DNA of 64,000 nucleotides from a virus, in IMG/VR virus record IMGVR_UViG_3300028586_000750. One strand, given 5' to 3'. Below, one piece after another: positions 9,221-20,155 of this stretch. The translations under genes were made by a program, and so were the position numbers. Numbering within the stretch: position 1 is the stretch's first letter; each line of letters begins with the position of its first letter. The notes beneath the pieces were generated by a model. That model ran no database searches. It saw only the letters and a list, made by a program, of their open reading frames with translations, and had not been told where the DNA came from.

Positions 9221-10789
9221 TTAATTTTTTGCTGGATACGTTTCTGAATAAGTGTGAGTTTCAATTACTTCCATATATAAGTCTAAAGGAAGTTCCTGTT
9301 CGAAAAAGCCGTAATCTTTGGTTGTCATCCCATATTTTTTAACTTTCCTCTTGAAAGCAGCTTTTCCATCTTTGTCATAACCCGGATAAACTTTTAGATA
9401 TTCAAGCCTTAAAGAAAAAGCGTTAACTATTTCTGGTTCAGTGAAATACTGGTCGTTGTAAAAACCAGGTAAAGGATGCGTTTGCGAAGCCGCAGGGGCT
9501 AACATACTGGCAAATATTTCAGGTGCTTCCATTAAGCTACGATAAAACATTGAACGGTAATTTTTTCGCCCCTCTTGAAGAGGAAGCATGTCAAAAAGTT
9601 TCCAATAATGGTGATGTTTCATACGAGGGTTCTGCACTAAACCTTTCAATAAAATTGAATTAGGTGCCCTGCGTAAACGACCACCCTCATCATATTCATC
9701 TACTCTCTGAGACAAAGCATCCAACACTTCATCAATCATCCAATCTTCATTAAGAAGACGGACACGATAAGACCTCTCCATAGTGCTAGTACCATCAAGC
9801 ACAGTATAAAAACCTAAGTAAGGTTCATCAGGAAGGACATATCTCTTATCATAAGAAATATGTGAGTTCAAAACTTGTTTACGAGCATCAATAGGCACAT
9901 CTGTGTTATCTAAAGCACTCCTAATAATGTACTTAGGGAAATTTATTATGTCGTTCGCATTCAAACCTCTTAAATGTTCAGCAAGTAACAATGTTCTTGC
10001 TTCACTAAAGCGATAATCTGCATAGAATGTAACCTCAGCAAAACGTTTGGCGTGCGTTTCAAGTAAAGCTGTAAATGTTGCATCTGTAAGGAAAGGGTTA
10101 TCTAATGGACCCATAGTTTTATAACCCGCAACAAGATTAGCAAGCTTTTCTTGCGCTCTCGCGTTTCGTGCTGCTTTGTTAAATTTATCAGCTTCTTCAA
10201 TGAGGATATCTGAACTAAATCTTGGGTCATTACGTGGAAGATAATCAGGAATAACCCAAGGGGAACCTTCATACATTGTTGTACCGTCTAAAGGAAAAAC
10301 AATACTTTCTTCTTTTATGAAACGGAAGTTCTTCTGGTTGTACAAACTAAAATTAGGGTAAGCAACTACATCTTTTAAAGCATCAATTGCTTGCGCTGAT
10401 AACTGGAAGTTCTCGTAAGCGCGAAACGGAACTTTTTGGTCAGTCTTAGAATAAAAATCAGGCTTATAAACTATGCGTTCCAACCATTTCACAAGATGAT
10501 AGGACGCTTTCTTTTTAGTAATGTTCATATGCAAATTAGCGGAGCCAAGAAGACCTAAAAAGTTGATAGTTTGATAACTAACAAAATTAGCGAAAAAAGA
10601 CCCATCATCATCTGGGTGAGTAGCCGCATAATATTCAAGGAACTCTAAACTGTTCTGCTGGTTGATGATTGCAGATAAAGACACACCTTTAGCTTGACGG
10701 TAATCTCTTGTTTCGTTAAGAAACCAAGGGTTGTCGTCAACAAAGTCCCTTAAATCAGTAGGGTTAATTTCGTCAGGAATTAGAGGCAT
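9221..10789 (-). CDS. large hypothetical helical protein
   Basis: 522-aa ORF, AT-rich. Confidence 0.75.
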   Translation of the reverse strand: MPLIPDEINPTDLRDFVDDNPWFLNETRDYRQAKGVSLSAIINQQNSLEFLEYYAATHPDDDGSFFANFVSYQTINFLGLLGSANLHMNITKKKASYHLVKWLERIVYKPDFYSKTDQKVPFRAYENFQLSAQAIDALKDVVAYPNFSLYNQKNFRFIKEESIVFPLDGTTMYEGSPWVIPDYLPRNDPRFSSDILIEEADKFNKAARNARAQEKLANLVAGYKTMGPLDNPFLTDATFTALLETHAKRFAEVTFYADYRFSEARTLLLAEHLRGLNANDIINFPKYIIRSALDNTDVPIDARKQVLNSHISYDKRYVLPDEPYLGFYTVLDGTSTMERSYRVRLLNEDWMIDEVLDALSQRVDEYDEGGRLRRAPNSILLKGLVQNPRMKHHHYWKLFDMLPLQEGRKNYRSMFYRSLMEAPEIFASMLAPAASQTHPLPGFYNDQYFTEPEIVNAFSLRLEYLKVYPGYDKDGKAAFKRKVKKYGMTTKDYGFFEQELPLDLYMEVIETHTYSETYPAKN

Positions 10790-10860
10790 ATTTTAGAATA
10801 ATTTATTACGGTTGTAATACAAGCATACACTATACAACTCTAAAAAGCAATACAGCTAAC

Positions 10861-12189
10861 TCATACTTTTGTAATAACCAATTCACCGTTTTCAAGCACT
10901 GAATATTTTTCTAAGTCTTCATCACTAAAGCTATAAGTTTCAACAATCTGCTGGAATTCCATGTTTGCTTTTAACGCAAGAACATCAATGGTCCATAAAA
11001 CAGGAAGAGCACCGAACTCAGCAGCTAAATGAGCGTAACTCTGAATGAATTCCTTGCGTTTCTGGCTGTCATAGTAAGGGAACAATTGTTTGATAGCAGA
11101 AAAGACATATGTTGCTTGAAAGTTCTCGTCTTTACTTAAAATCTTTAACCCTTTAGCGGAAGCTCTATAACCATGTAAAGCTACTATTTTTGAAGGGCAA
11201 TCATCTTTGTTTCCAATAAGACCAAGTAGCTCTGCTTTAAATGGAGCCACCTTTAAACCAGGAACATTTTCTTCCCAATTTTGTAAGAGCAAATATGCGT
11301 CTAGGAACTCTTCTTCTGTGCGGATGTTGTTAATAAGTTTACGCATAAACTTTTTAACATGGTCTTCTTTATCTGGATGTTGATAGTTAATTGCTTGTTC
11401 GCGGTAGTAATCAACGAAAGCATGATGGTCTATACCGTATTCAAGGCAGACAGAGCGATACTTTTTAATGATACGTTCAGAAGGTTCGCATGACTTCAAT
11501 GCAGTGTTCAAAGTTAACTTTTTCGCAAGCATAGCTTTTTCAAGTATGTGCCATTTAGCTTCCGGTACAGGGAAGTTCTCTACGTAACCATCTTTATCTA
11601 AGATAAAGTTCAACATATGGGAGAACTGCCTGTCTGAAAGTTCAGGGTTCTGTACCATTGTTGGACGATGAGTACGGTAGCTTTCAAACCTTTTACTGTA
11701 GGTGTCAGCGATTTTCTTTAATGTACGTGTAGAAAAAATTGTCTCATCAACGCGGCCTAAATATTTATGAACATTTTTCAGGATGATTTTTTCTTTCAAC
11801 TCATAAGGAATGTTCTGTGCATTAATTAAGCCATCAACAAAGTTTACTTCTTCTCCCTCTGCTACACGATGCGCGAAAGGTAGAAGGATGCTTTCAGGTA
11901 TTACTGCTATCTCTTTTGTTTTCGCGGTAGAGTAATGTTTTCCATAGAAGCTGTTAGGATCTTTTGTCATGTTGACAGCTATGACTTGCTGAATGGCAAG
12001 CTTGTTCCAGTTGTCTACTTCTAATTCTGATAGGACAAACATGTTGTCCTTGTTTAAACGCTCTTGGAGAAAGACATTATTTCCGGAAGCGATATACCTT
12101 TTGAATTGGGTAACAAGATATAAGCTTTCTTTTTCGTGCGCGTCAGAGTAAGCGTTGTAACGTTCTTGCGTATCTTCGTAAGTTGCCAT
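10861..12189 (-). CDS. large hypothetical helical protein
   Basis: 442-aa ORF, AT-rich. Confidence 0.75.
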   Translation of the reverse strand: MATYEDTQERYNAYSDAHEKESLYLVTQFKRYIASGNNVFLQERLNKDNMFVLSELEVDNWNKLAIQQVIAVNMTKDPNSFYGKHYSTAKTKEIAVIPESILLPFAHRVAEGEEVNFVDGLINAQNIPYELKEKIILKNVHKYLGRVDETIFSTRTLKKIADTYSKRFESYRTHRPTMVQNPELSDRQFSHMLNFILDKDGYVENFPVPEAKWHILEKAMLAKKLTLNTALKSCEPSERIIKKYRSVCLEYGIDHHAFVDYYREQAINYQHPDKEDHVKKFMRKLINNIRTEEEFLDAYLLLQNWEENVPGLKVAPFKAELLGLIGNKDDCPSKIVALHGYRASAKGLKILSKDENFQATYVFSAIKQLFPYYDSQKRKEFIQSYAHLAAEFGALPVLWTIDVLALKANMEFQQIVETYSFSDEDLEKYSVLENGELVITKV

Positions 12190-12259
12190 ATTTATAGTTT
12201 GTTTATCGTCAAAGTGGGGTTTGCAGCTTTAGCCACAAACCCCACTTTGTTGTTAATTT

Positions 12260-12913
12260 TTAGCCGCGTGAACGCTTAGCAATCTCCTTTAGCACATCAA
12301 CAAGAGGCGCAGTGGAGATAACGGTGCGGTAGGAATACGAATTCTTGGAGTAGACATATGCTCCGTTCTTACCTACGTGAAGGAAAGTCTGACCGTAGTC
12401 GTCGTCTTCATCGAAATCATCTTCCAAAGGGAAACTCGAAACGTAGAACTCGTAACGAGGCTTCCATGCACGAGCGGCACGCTGGATGCGAGTGATAACG
12501 TCTGCAAGCTTAACGATTTCCTCGTCGGAGATTTCCTCGTCTAGACGAACAATGAAGGTGTTGAGCGAGAAGGAATAGTCCTTGTCAGTATCATGTCCAA
12601 CATGTCCGTACCGACCAAGGAAACGTGCAACACCTTCTGACTTTAGAGTTGCATCAATGAAAGGCGAGATTGTATCAACGTCACCAATACCGTTGTTCCA
12701 GTTAGCAATTCCAAGCTCACGGAAGTCATCACGGTCGAAAAGGTCAAACTTGGAAATGTTCTCGGTCCACCAAGCGGCCTTAACACGCTCACGAGCAGCA
12801 AAGATTTCGGTGGCGCGAGCGTTAAGGGCTGCACGCTTCTCGTTAATAGCGTCAAGCTCAGCCTGAACCTCTACGAACTCAGGGGCCAGTTCAAAAGACG
12901 GCGACTTACTCAT
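12260..12913 (-). CDS. hypothetical protein
   Basis: ORF with N-terminal coiled coil. Confidence 0.75.
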   Translation of the reverse strand: MSKSPSFELAPEFVEVQAELDAINEKRAALNARATEIFAARERVKAAWWTENISKFDLFDRDDFRELGIANWNNGIGDVDTISPFIDATLKSEGVARFLGRYGHVGHDTDKDYSFSLNTFIVRLDEEISDEEIVKLADVITRIQRAARAWKPRYEFYVSSFPLEDDFDEDDDYGQTFLHVGKNGAYVYSKNSYSYRTVISTAPLVDVLKEIAKRSRG

Positions 12914-13078
12914 TTGGTACCTCATTAGAATGGTGTTGCGGAAATGTTTACATTTTCATAATACTCCATGTTCGTCAGCAATGTCAACCTAATTGGTAGA
13001 AAAATTGTTGCCACAAATGTCTGATGGTTGTGTTATGATTGAGGTAACAGCTAATCTACGAAAAGGAAGGAGCCAATC

Positions 13079-13663
13079 ATGGCTAACAAAGTTGTTGTTT
13101 TTATGGACTTTGATGGGGTCATTAATTGGCATGGCACTTCCCGTAGTCAGGTCAAGAAGTATGCTGATGCTTTCGGTTACTGGCGTCGTCACTCTGTCCC
13201 TCTTGACAGTGGTGTAGCTGGTGGGTGGGGCACGCATAGCACCACTTGGCAGGATATCTCATGGTCTGCTGAGCTTGTCAAAAAGCTCATGGACCTTAAA
13301 GACGACACAGGTTATGTGTGGCGTTGGCTCAGCACTTGGGTTAATGAGACTGAGAAACTTGACCGTATCCTTGGCATCAAGTCAGATGGTTGGGTTAATT
13401 GGAACCCTTATCCGGTTCCTTCGGTTGCTGATATCTCTGCTTACCGTTGTGCTCGCAAACTTGATGTTGTTCTTGATTTTGCTAAGAACAACCCGGATAC
13501 ACCTTTTGTTTGGGTTGACGACGAGGCTGTAGACTTGTGGACAGATGACCACGCGGCTTCTATGACTGCCCCTCATTTGGTTGTTAAGCCTTGGGAGAAG
13601 TTCGGTTTGGTGAAGCATGACCTAGCGAAAATCTCTGACTTCGTTAAAATGCACTCTGTATAA
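13079..13663 (+). CDS. HAD-superfamily phosphatase (Swiss Army Knife RNA-repair type)
   Basis: FMDFDGVIN motif I, WLSTW, FVWVDDE; AAGGAG RBS. Confidence 0.85.
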   Translation: MANKVVVFMDFDGVINWHGTSRSQVKKYADAFGYWRRHSVPLDSGVAGGWGTHSTTWQDISWSAELVKKLMDLKDDTGYVWRWLSTWVNETEKLDRILGIKSDGWVNWNPYPVPSVADISAYRCARKLDVVLDFAKNNPDTPFVWVDDEAVDLWTDDHAASMTAPHLVVKPWEKFGLVKHDLAKISDFVKMHSV

Positions 13664-13724
13664 ACAAGTATTGCCCCTAATTTTAAGTTAGGGGCAATAC
13701 TTGTTTGGCTCAGGGAAAAGACAT

Positions 13725-13770
13725 ATAAGTTATGGCCTTACCAGAATTAAGTGGTAAGGCCATAACTTAT
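13725..13770. repeat. palindrome family member preceded by GGGAAAAGACA
   Basis: ataagttatggccttacca gaattaag tggtaaggccataacttat. Confidence 0.85.
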
Positions 13771-14252
13771 ATTTTGCTTGTATAGACTTTCGTTCTTCGC
13801 AAGATGGGAATTCCATCATAGAAGTTGAAACTTCTTAGCTCTAGCACAATAGGTTCTTCCTGCTTGCCACTAGTTAAGCTCAACGTGTATCCATTGTAGC
13901 CAATTCTTAGTTCAATCCTTTTGTAGCAACCTAATTTTGTAATCTGGTCGTGCTGGATGTCTACATTATTTCCATAAAAATCAGCTAAAGCGGAATGCGC
14001 AAACTTATCTAACTTTTTGACATACTTTTTAGGTACATTAGCTAGGTAATCTTCATATTCTTTCTGCGCTTTTTCCTTATCTCTTTCATTAGCTAAACTA
14101 TTTGCAACGATAAGATGAATAAAAGCTCCTGCCAAAGCGACATAAAAGACGATTTTAAAAACTTCACTAAGGTTGAGCACAATACCCAAAAAGAAAGATA
14201 CAACTAGCACTATTGCATGAATAGCGAGTAGCGCTTTTTCTAAACGGCTCAT
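13767..14252 (-). CDS. membrane protein
   Basis: Two N-terminal TM helices. Confidence 0.75.
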   Translation of the reverse strand: MSRLEKALLAIHAIVLVVSFFLGIVLNLSEVFKIVFYVALAGAFIHLIVANSLANERDKEKAQKEYEDYLANVPKKYVKKLDKFAHSALADFYGNNVDIQHDQITKLGCYKRIELRIGYNGYTLSLTSGKQEEPIVLELRSFNFYDGIPILRRTKVYTSKI

Positions 14253-14268
14253 ATTTTCCTAAGTTTTA

Positions 14269-14877
14269 TTAGTTGGAAGTTCGTGCGCGGAATTCGTCCT
14301 GAGTAACGAAGATAGTTTTACGGTACGCACGTAGCTCTTCAATACTTTCCATAATGTCATCACGAGCATCATGTGTTTTCTTTTTCTCAAACTCAAAACC
14401 ATACCATGCACGCGCAACCCCCGCGAAAGAAGTTACATCAAGGCTACGGTAGTGGATGTGGCTGTAAAGGTTAGGAAGAAAGACGCTAGTGAAATCGCGG
14501 TCAAGCTTAATACTGTTACCGCCGAACCAGGCAGAACTTGGCTCAGGCTGGAACCTGCGGATGTATTCTGTAACTTCCTGGTCAATTACATCAAGAGTTT
14601 TACCATCAGTAGTAAGACGGTCCCAAAGGCCAGTTTCACTATGCATGTTTTTAACAAAATCATTGGCCTGAGCATAAGCAGCTTCTGCGCCAGCCTTGTC
14701 ATACTTAACAACAGCTTCATAGCCTTCGTCATCAAGTAGATTTAGGTCGTTGTCTGTAACGAAACACGCAATTTGAAGTAACGTGTCATCAGAAGTAAAA
14801 GGTGACAACCCTGTTGTCTCAACATCAATCCATACAATTTTATCCATACTAAAAAGTATATCATGTGCTGACGACAT
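14269..14877 (-). CDS. orn: oligoribonuclease
   Basis: WIDVETTGL, GNSIKLDRDF, HYRSLDVTS, HDARDDIMESIEEL (DEDDh). Confidence 0.95.
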   Translation of the reverse strand: MSSAHDILFSMDKIVWIDVETTGLSPFTSDDTLLQIACFVTDNDLNLLDDEGYEAVVKYDKAGAEAAYAQANDFVKNMHSETGLWDRLTTDGKTLDVIDQEVTEYIRRFQPEPSSAWFGGNSIKLDRDFTSVFLPNLYSHIHYRSLDVTSFAGVARAWYGFEFEKKKTHDARDDIMESIEELRAYRKTIFVTQDEFRARTSN

Positions 14878-14925
14878 TATACAGAAAGCCCCATGCTTAG
14901 TAATCATGGGGGCTTTCTGTATAAA

Positions 14926-15453
14926 TTAACCTACATAGTTGCTTGGGTTGTTGACAGCAATTGATTCCTCGAAAAGACGCTTGCGTTCTGCGAACTCTGT
15001 TTCTACTTCGTTCATTGCAGCAAAGGTAAGTTCATCACGCTTGGTCTTATAATCAAGATAAGTAATTGAGTTAAGCTTCATAAGCTCATCATGCCCCTGA
15101 GGAAGACCAGCAAGTTCTGCTTTCTCAGCAAAAATTTCACGGTAACGGTTACGGAAATCCTGCTCTAGGTTATATGCGCGGGCAATAACGAGAAGGGAGT
15201 CTGAAAGGTTACATTCAGAACTGTTACGTGCCCATTCTTCTAGGACAGTCTCTGAGCCACCAGTAATCTGGCTGTGAGCTTCCCATGCGGGTGTACCTTC
15301 TAGCTCAGAAGGTAGCTGATTAATGTCCTCAGCGCCGGTAGGAATAATTACGTTCCAGCCGTCCCAAGCTAGCTCGGCGTAAGCATGGTCAGCAAAACGC
15401 TTAGCAAACGCTTGTGCTTCATCAAAGTTCATTGTGGGGTTGTTATCAGACAT
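14926..15453 (-). CDS. hypothetical protein
   Basis: ORF with AAGGA RBS. Confidence 0.75.
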   Translation of the reverse strand: MSDNNPTMNFDEAQAFAKRFADHAYAELAWDGWNVIIPTGAEDINQLPSELEGTPAWEAHSQITGGSETVLEEWARNSSECNLSDSLLVIARAYNLEQDFRNRYREIFAEKAELAGLPQGHDELMKLNSITYLDYKTKRDELTFAAMNEVETEFAERKRLFEESIAVNNPSNYVG

Positions 15454-15542
15454 AGTTATCCTTAATTGTTATATACCCCTATACTAGCATCATCTTAGAC
15501 CAATGGCAATAGGTGGTTGATACATGTGGTAGTATATTAAGT

Positions 15543-16163
15543 ATGTCCCGCCTCATTGATCATTTCGGTATTGCCCCTCCTGGTGTTTCAGGGGCGTACT
15601 GTCGTTCTTGTAATCATTATTTGACGTTCCCTGAGTTAGTTGAGCTAACACGTAAAGACAATACATGCACTGTCTGTAATGCCACTATTCATGTAGACCA
15701 GATTGGTGTTTCTTTTCAATACGAAACAGTGAAACTTGCAGAAAATTCTGATGCGGTTTTTGAACAGACATGGTTTCATGCAACCCAAAAAGAAACATGG
15801 GCTTCTACTGTTTTAGATGACGGTGTTGTAGCTCATGTTGGCAGCAGAAGGTCCGCTATTCAGCGTGCTATTGACCTTTCAAGACGTTTAAACCGTGTAG
15901 ATAAAGACTGGGTTGTTCATGAAATTAAAGTGCCTCAGACAGCTTCTGTTAGCTGGGGTGTTGAATACGATATTGACGATGATGCTGTTAAAACAGTGGA
16001 AGAGTTAGAAGATAATCACAGTTCAGACATAGTTCGCTACCTTAACATGTATGAGGATTGTGGAAGCATCAGTTTGATTACTAATCCTAATATCATTCGT
16101 ATTGTTAATAGTGAGTTCATCAGTGCAGACGCTTTGATGGATGAATACTTGAAAGAAATCTAA
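15543..16163 (+). CDS. Zn-ribbon plus possible ART-like domain protein
   Basis: CRSC...CTVC; WFHAT...AHVGS...HEIKV resembles an ADP-ribosyltransferase fold. Confidence 0.5.
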   Translation: MSRLIDHFGIAPPGVSGAYCRSCNHYLTFPELVELTRKDNTCTVCNATIHVDQIGVSFQYETVKLAENSDAVFEQTWFHATQKETWASTVLDDGVVAHVGSRRSAIQRAIDLSRRLNRVDKDWVVHEIKVPQTASVSWGVEYDIDDDAVKTVEELEDNHSSDIVRYLNMYEDCGSISLITNPNIIRIVNSEFISADALMDEYLKEI

Positions 16164-16176
16164 CGGTATTGGGGAA

Positions 16177-16224
16177 AGACAACTGTGGCCTCACCAGAAT
16201 TAACTGGTGAGGCCACAGTTGTCT
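16177..16224. repeat. palindrome family member, 21-bp stem
   Basis: agacaactgtggcctcaccag aattaa ctggtgaggccacagttgtct. Confidence 0.9.
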
Positions 16225-16227
16225 ATT

Positions 16228-16929
16228 TTAGCTGAAAATACTTACAAGTCGCTGCTTTAGAGAAACCTTAACATTATTACGGTTTTCAAATTTCTCTTTC
16301 TGCTTTGCTTCACGGAGCTTGGCATCCTTTGAAGCTTTGTTACGACGAGCGCGAGCGCTACGAAGAGCATCAACGTAGTTTCCGTAATCTTTAAGAAAAC
16401 GGTCGTAATCAGAACCCATTTCGTTGAGAACAGCATCAAGCTGAGCGCCAGTAAAGCCATACTTTGTGGCGTCCTCTAGAGGGGCATCATAAACGTCGGT
16501 AAAACGCTTTTCAGCTTCAATGTCTTTGACATAGTGAGAGTAGTATTTGTCACGAAAATGTTTTAGCTCAGTGCTAAAGAACCTTTCAATTTCCATGTGA
16601 CGGTAATGAACAACACTGATTACGAGTTCGTCAACGCTACTAAGTGAACCACCTGCGCCATATTTGAGTTCATCGCTAACATGAGGGTTCATGAGACTGG
16701 GATAGGCAACGCTCTTATACCAGTGGTCATCGCCCATTGAGTAGTTGACATCAAAGTTCTCAACAATGTAGGCAATGATTTCGGCCCTAATCTCAGTGGC
16801 CGCATCAACCATGCTGTCAAACATTTGACCAAGTGTGTCTTCGGTCACAACGATTGTGCGCTCAAAGAACTGCTGTTCGTCCTTGTAATCGTGTGAGCCA
16901 GTGACAGCTACCTTTGCGCTATATGACAT
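16228..16929 (-). CDS. hypothetical protein
   Basis: GGAG RBS before MSYSAK. Confidence 0.75.
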   Translation of the reverse strand: MSYSAKVAVTGSHDYKDEQQFFERTIVVTEDTLGQMFDSMVDAATEIRAEIIAYIVENFDVNYSMGDDHWYKSVAYPSLMNPHVSDELKYGAGGSLSSVDELVISVVHYRHMEIERFFSTELKHFRDKYYSHYVKDIEAEKRFTDVYDAPLEDATKYGFTGAQLDAVLNEMGSDYDRFLKDYGNYVDALRSARARRNKASKDAKLREAKQKEKFENRNNVKVSLKQRLVSIFS

Positions 16930-17077
16930 TGATACTCCAAATAAGTTGATAAACGTACTATACAGTTTAATCATACACTGTTAGGGCAAGAAAGCAAGTT
17001 TTTCTTTTAGTTGCAGTTTCTCAACAGTCATGTATACTGATAATATCATCTTGTAAACATACCTTTAGGATTTAATT

Positions 17078-17350
17078 ATGACTATTCACATTAATGAGCC
17101 TTTCGTTAACGGTACCGAACTGTGGCTTGCTGCGCGCGATAATGAAGACACGCAGACCGTTGATTTCTCTGTTGATGTGCCTCTGTGGTCTTTGATTGAA
17201 GGCGACGTTGAAACCCTCAATGATACTGTTGAGAGCATGGCGATTGCAGGTGAAGGATACCTTGAGGACATTAGTTACGCTGTGGTTCCTTTTACGTCAA
17301 CTCAGTATGTTCGTGTTCACGTCACTGCGGTTGTTGTCATCACGGAGTAA
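17078..17350 (+). CDS. hypothetical acidic protein
   Basis: AGGA RBS; TTGCAG..TATACT promoter upstream. Confidence 0.75.
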   Translation: MTIHINEPFVNGTELWLAARDNEDTQTVDFSVDVPLWSLIEGDVETLNDTVESMAIAGEGYLEDISYAVVPFTSTQYVRVHVTAVVVITE

Positions 17351-17543
17351 CTAGACAAAATAGATAATTAGCCTCCTACTGGGTAAAGTCCTGGTAGGAG
17401 GCTAGTTGTTTTTAGGAAAAGACCCCAATGTACAGAACCTGAGTGTAAGGTGTGAGTTAAACCAATTAACCCAAACGTTTTTGACGAATGAACCGAATAT
17501 ATATGTGAGGACAAAAAATCAAACTTATTAACATGGAGGAAAA

Positions 17544-18242
17544 ATGTTAAATAGAAATAAAAGCATTATCGGTTTACTAGGAGCAGGAATGCTTACACTA
17601 AGCTTAGCTGCATGTTCAACCCCAGCAGCAGATACAAACACTGGGACTACTTCTTCCCCATCATCTTCTTCATCTGCAAGCTCAGATGTAACCCCAACAC
17701 CAGTAGCTTCAATTAGCTCTCTAACCGGTGTTGACACTAAGGTTACTGTTGATGCTGGCTTCTTAGACGCATTAACTTCATTGGGTGTAGCACCTGGTAC
17801 TGTAGGATCAGCCACATTAACTGACGGCGTTCTTGCATTCCCAATTACAGGTGGTAACGTAGATTACTACGACCCAGCAGAAGACTACCGTCCATACGTT
17901 CAAGGTTCAATTGAACACACCGGTTCCGGTTTATCCTTAACCGCTGGTGACAAAGTTGTTGAATTGACAGACTTCCGTATTGACCCAGGAACATCACAAC
18001 TATTTGGAACAGTAACCGTTGACGGTGCTGTTGCAGCAGAAGATGCCTTCCTATTCAACTTAGACGGTACAACACTACAACCATTACAAGACAATGGTGA
18101 TGGTACAGCTACTCTTCAAGGAACTAGAGTATTAATCTCAGAAGACGCAGCACCATTGCTTAACGACACATTTGGTATCACAGATATCCAACCAGATATG
18201 CTTGTAGGTATCGCTTCAATTACTGTTAACACAGGCGCATAA
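17544..18242 (+). CDS. secreted lipoprotein, host-like
   Basis: GGAGG RBS, lipobox LAAC, Ser/Thr linker, beta-rich domain. Confidence 0.85.
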   Translation: MLNRNKSIIGLLGAGMLTLSLAACSTPAADTNTGTTSSPSSSSSASSDVTPTPVASISSLTGVDTKVTVDAGFLDALTSLGVAPGTVGSATLTDGVLAFPITGGNVDYYDPAEDYRPYVQGSIEHTGSGLSLTAGDKVVELTDFRIDPGTSQLFGTVTVDGAVAAEDAFLFNLDGTTLQPLQDNGDGTATLQGTRVLISEDAAPLLNDTFGITDIQPDMLVGIASITVNTGA

Positions 18243-18366
18243 GCTTTACTTTAAATAACCGAACCGCCCAATACCTTGCACTCTTAGGTATTGGGCGGTT
18301 CCTTGTGTTACACCAATATGCACCAAATGTCCGATATTGGTTACGGCCAATGTTGAAAGGACCACG

Positions 18367-18882
18367 ATGGATAAAGACACTATTGTTCCTCATTGTGGAT
18401 ACCCCAACCCTAAAATCGCGTTTTATAAGCCTTGGGATGCTACAAATTTAGGGTTCTCTCTCCCACATTTTTTGAAACACATTGCTATAGCAACAAAACA
18501 GTTCTTGACAATGAACCAAGTTTTTATGTTTATACTAAGCGTATTCGTTGTTATTGTAGGAATGTTTACTTACTGGGGTCCAGTGACAACAACGCAGTAT
18601 TTGTTTTCAGTCGCTTTAGTTATTTCTTTACTTCTTGGTTTTATCATTCGTATGGCGAAAAAAGATTTACGTAAAGAAAGTTTACAAGTCTGGTTTCGTG
18701 ATGCTTATGGCCTCATGGTACCTTACGATGAAATAACTATTACACTTATACATTTTGATAATGGCGAAAAAAGCTATGAAATGTCAAACGGTGGTAGTCT
18801 AGTTCGTATTAGTAACGGTTTAGTTTATGAACCGCCTTTACAAGGTAGTTATAGCCCTAAGCCGATAGAAAACCCAGCTTAA
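18367..18882 (+). CDS. membrane protein
   Basis: Two TM helices; GAAAGGA RBS. Confidence 0.7.
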   Translation: MDKDTIVPHCGYPNPKIAFYKPWDATNLGFSLPHFLKHIAIATKQFLTMNQVFMFILSVFVVIVGMFTYWGPVTTTQYLFSVALVISLLLGFIIRMAKKDLRKESLQVWFRDAYGLMVPYDEITITLIHFDNGEKSYEMSNGGSLVRISNGLVYEPPLQGSYSPKPIENPA

Positions 18883-18904
18883 TTTGTAACAGTTTGGAGG
18901 AACG

Positions 18905-19372
18905 ATGATAGGTTTACCTCCTGTTGTCTTCTTTAAAGGAATATCAGAAAATTGGATTGTATCGTCCACTAACTTCGCCACATTAACTTTAATGAAAGTT
19001 AGCGAAAGCCAAAAAATAGATACATCACTAATTTGTTCGTCTTTTCAAAGACACCCTGACACCACAGTAGATAATATTGTGCAGGAGGTGCGTGAACAAG
19101 TGATGCGCACAAACTCAAACTTCATACCTCTTCTTAACGAAGGTGAAGGACGCATTATTGGTGGCCGTGAATTTGTTATCCTTGGTGGTATTCTCGACTT
19201 ACCAGATATAGGAACAGTAATCCAAACAGCATACCTTCATTTAGATTTCTCACCTACAGAGCTAAACGTTATTGAAATCTTTTCAACTATGCTATTTGAA
19301 AATGCTTTAGATGATGAACCTGAGGTTCACGAAATGTTAGACAGAGTAATTATTGCTAACCCAATAATTTGA
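18905..19372 (+). CDS. hypothetical protein
   Basis: GGAGG RBS. Confidence 0.75.
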   Translation: MIGLPPVVFFKGISENWIVSSTNFATLTLMKVSESQKIDTSLICSSFQRHPDTTVDNIVQEVREQVMRTNSNFIPLLNEGEGRIIGGREFVILGGILDLPDIGTVIQTAYLHLDFSPTELNVIEIFSTMLFENALDDEPEVHEMLDRVIIANPII

Positions 19373-19489
19373 AAACCGCCTCACAAGGTTGTAATTCACT
19401 CATGAGGCGGTTTCTCTATTAATAACGATAACATAGATACGTTAGTTTTTAAACCAAAAAGACACCCCCACTAAGGGTGTCTTTTTGGT

Positions 19490-20044
19490 TTATGGGATTA
19501 CATCTGGGACAATTTCTTTCCAGTCAGCCCAGTTGAAAATTCTTTTGTTCTCAACAAGGTTTTGGTTATAAGGCTGGTCGTAAACAACCTGTTCCCATTC
19601 GGGTTTAATTAAACCTGTGATGTTCTGTTTATCATCAATAAGGTAATCGCCACGGATAAGCGTTTTGTCTTTAGTAATGATTGCTCTGTTACCCCACCAG
19701 TCACCATGATGTTCACGTAAAGACGATATTTTGTCTGAGGCGCAGCTTTCATTTGTGTAGATAGGTGAAGTACAAATGAAAGCGTTAACGCCTAGCTCAC
19801 GCATTTCTTTAAGAGCTTCAATGGCACCTGGTAATGGTTCAAGGTTTCGGTAGAAACCTGCTGTATGGAAAATTTCCATGACCATTTCTTGTGTTAAACC
19901 AGGGATAGTGGTGAGAAGATTAAAGTTGTCTCTTTTGGATAGTGGAGGCACAACGATGTTATATTTTTCTTCCACAACTTTATGGACGCTTCCCCCAAAA
20001 TCAACAAGTGTGTCATCTTGGTCAATAAGAAGAATTTTAGTCAA
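19490..20044 (-). CDS. 5'(3')-deoxyribonucleotidase (NT5C-type HAD)
   Basis: IDQDDTLVDF, FYRNLEPLPGA, ICTSP, DKTLIRGDYLIDD. Confidence 0.93.
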   Translation of the reverse strand: MTKILLIDQDDTLVDFGGSVHKVVEEKYNIVVPPLSKRDNFNLLTTIPGLTQEMVMEIFHTAGFYRNLEPLPGAIEALKEMRELGVNAFICTSPIYTNESCASDKISSLREHHGDWWGNRAIITKDKTLIRGDYLIDDKQNITGLIKPEWEQVVYDQPYNQNLVENKRIFNWADWKEIVPDVIP

Positions 20045-20101
20045 TGCGTTTCCTTACTTTAATAGTTTTTAATGAATGAGTTATCGGTTGTTAACCATAA
20101 A

Positions 20102-20139
20102 AACATTGCCCCACCAGTTAATTCTGGTGAGGCAATGTT
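20102..20139. repeat. palindrome family member
   Basis: aacattgccccaccag ttaatt ctggtgaggcaatgtt. Confidence 0.85.
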
Positions 20140-20155
20140 AAAGGACATATCTTGT

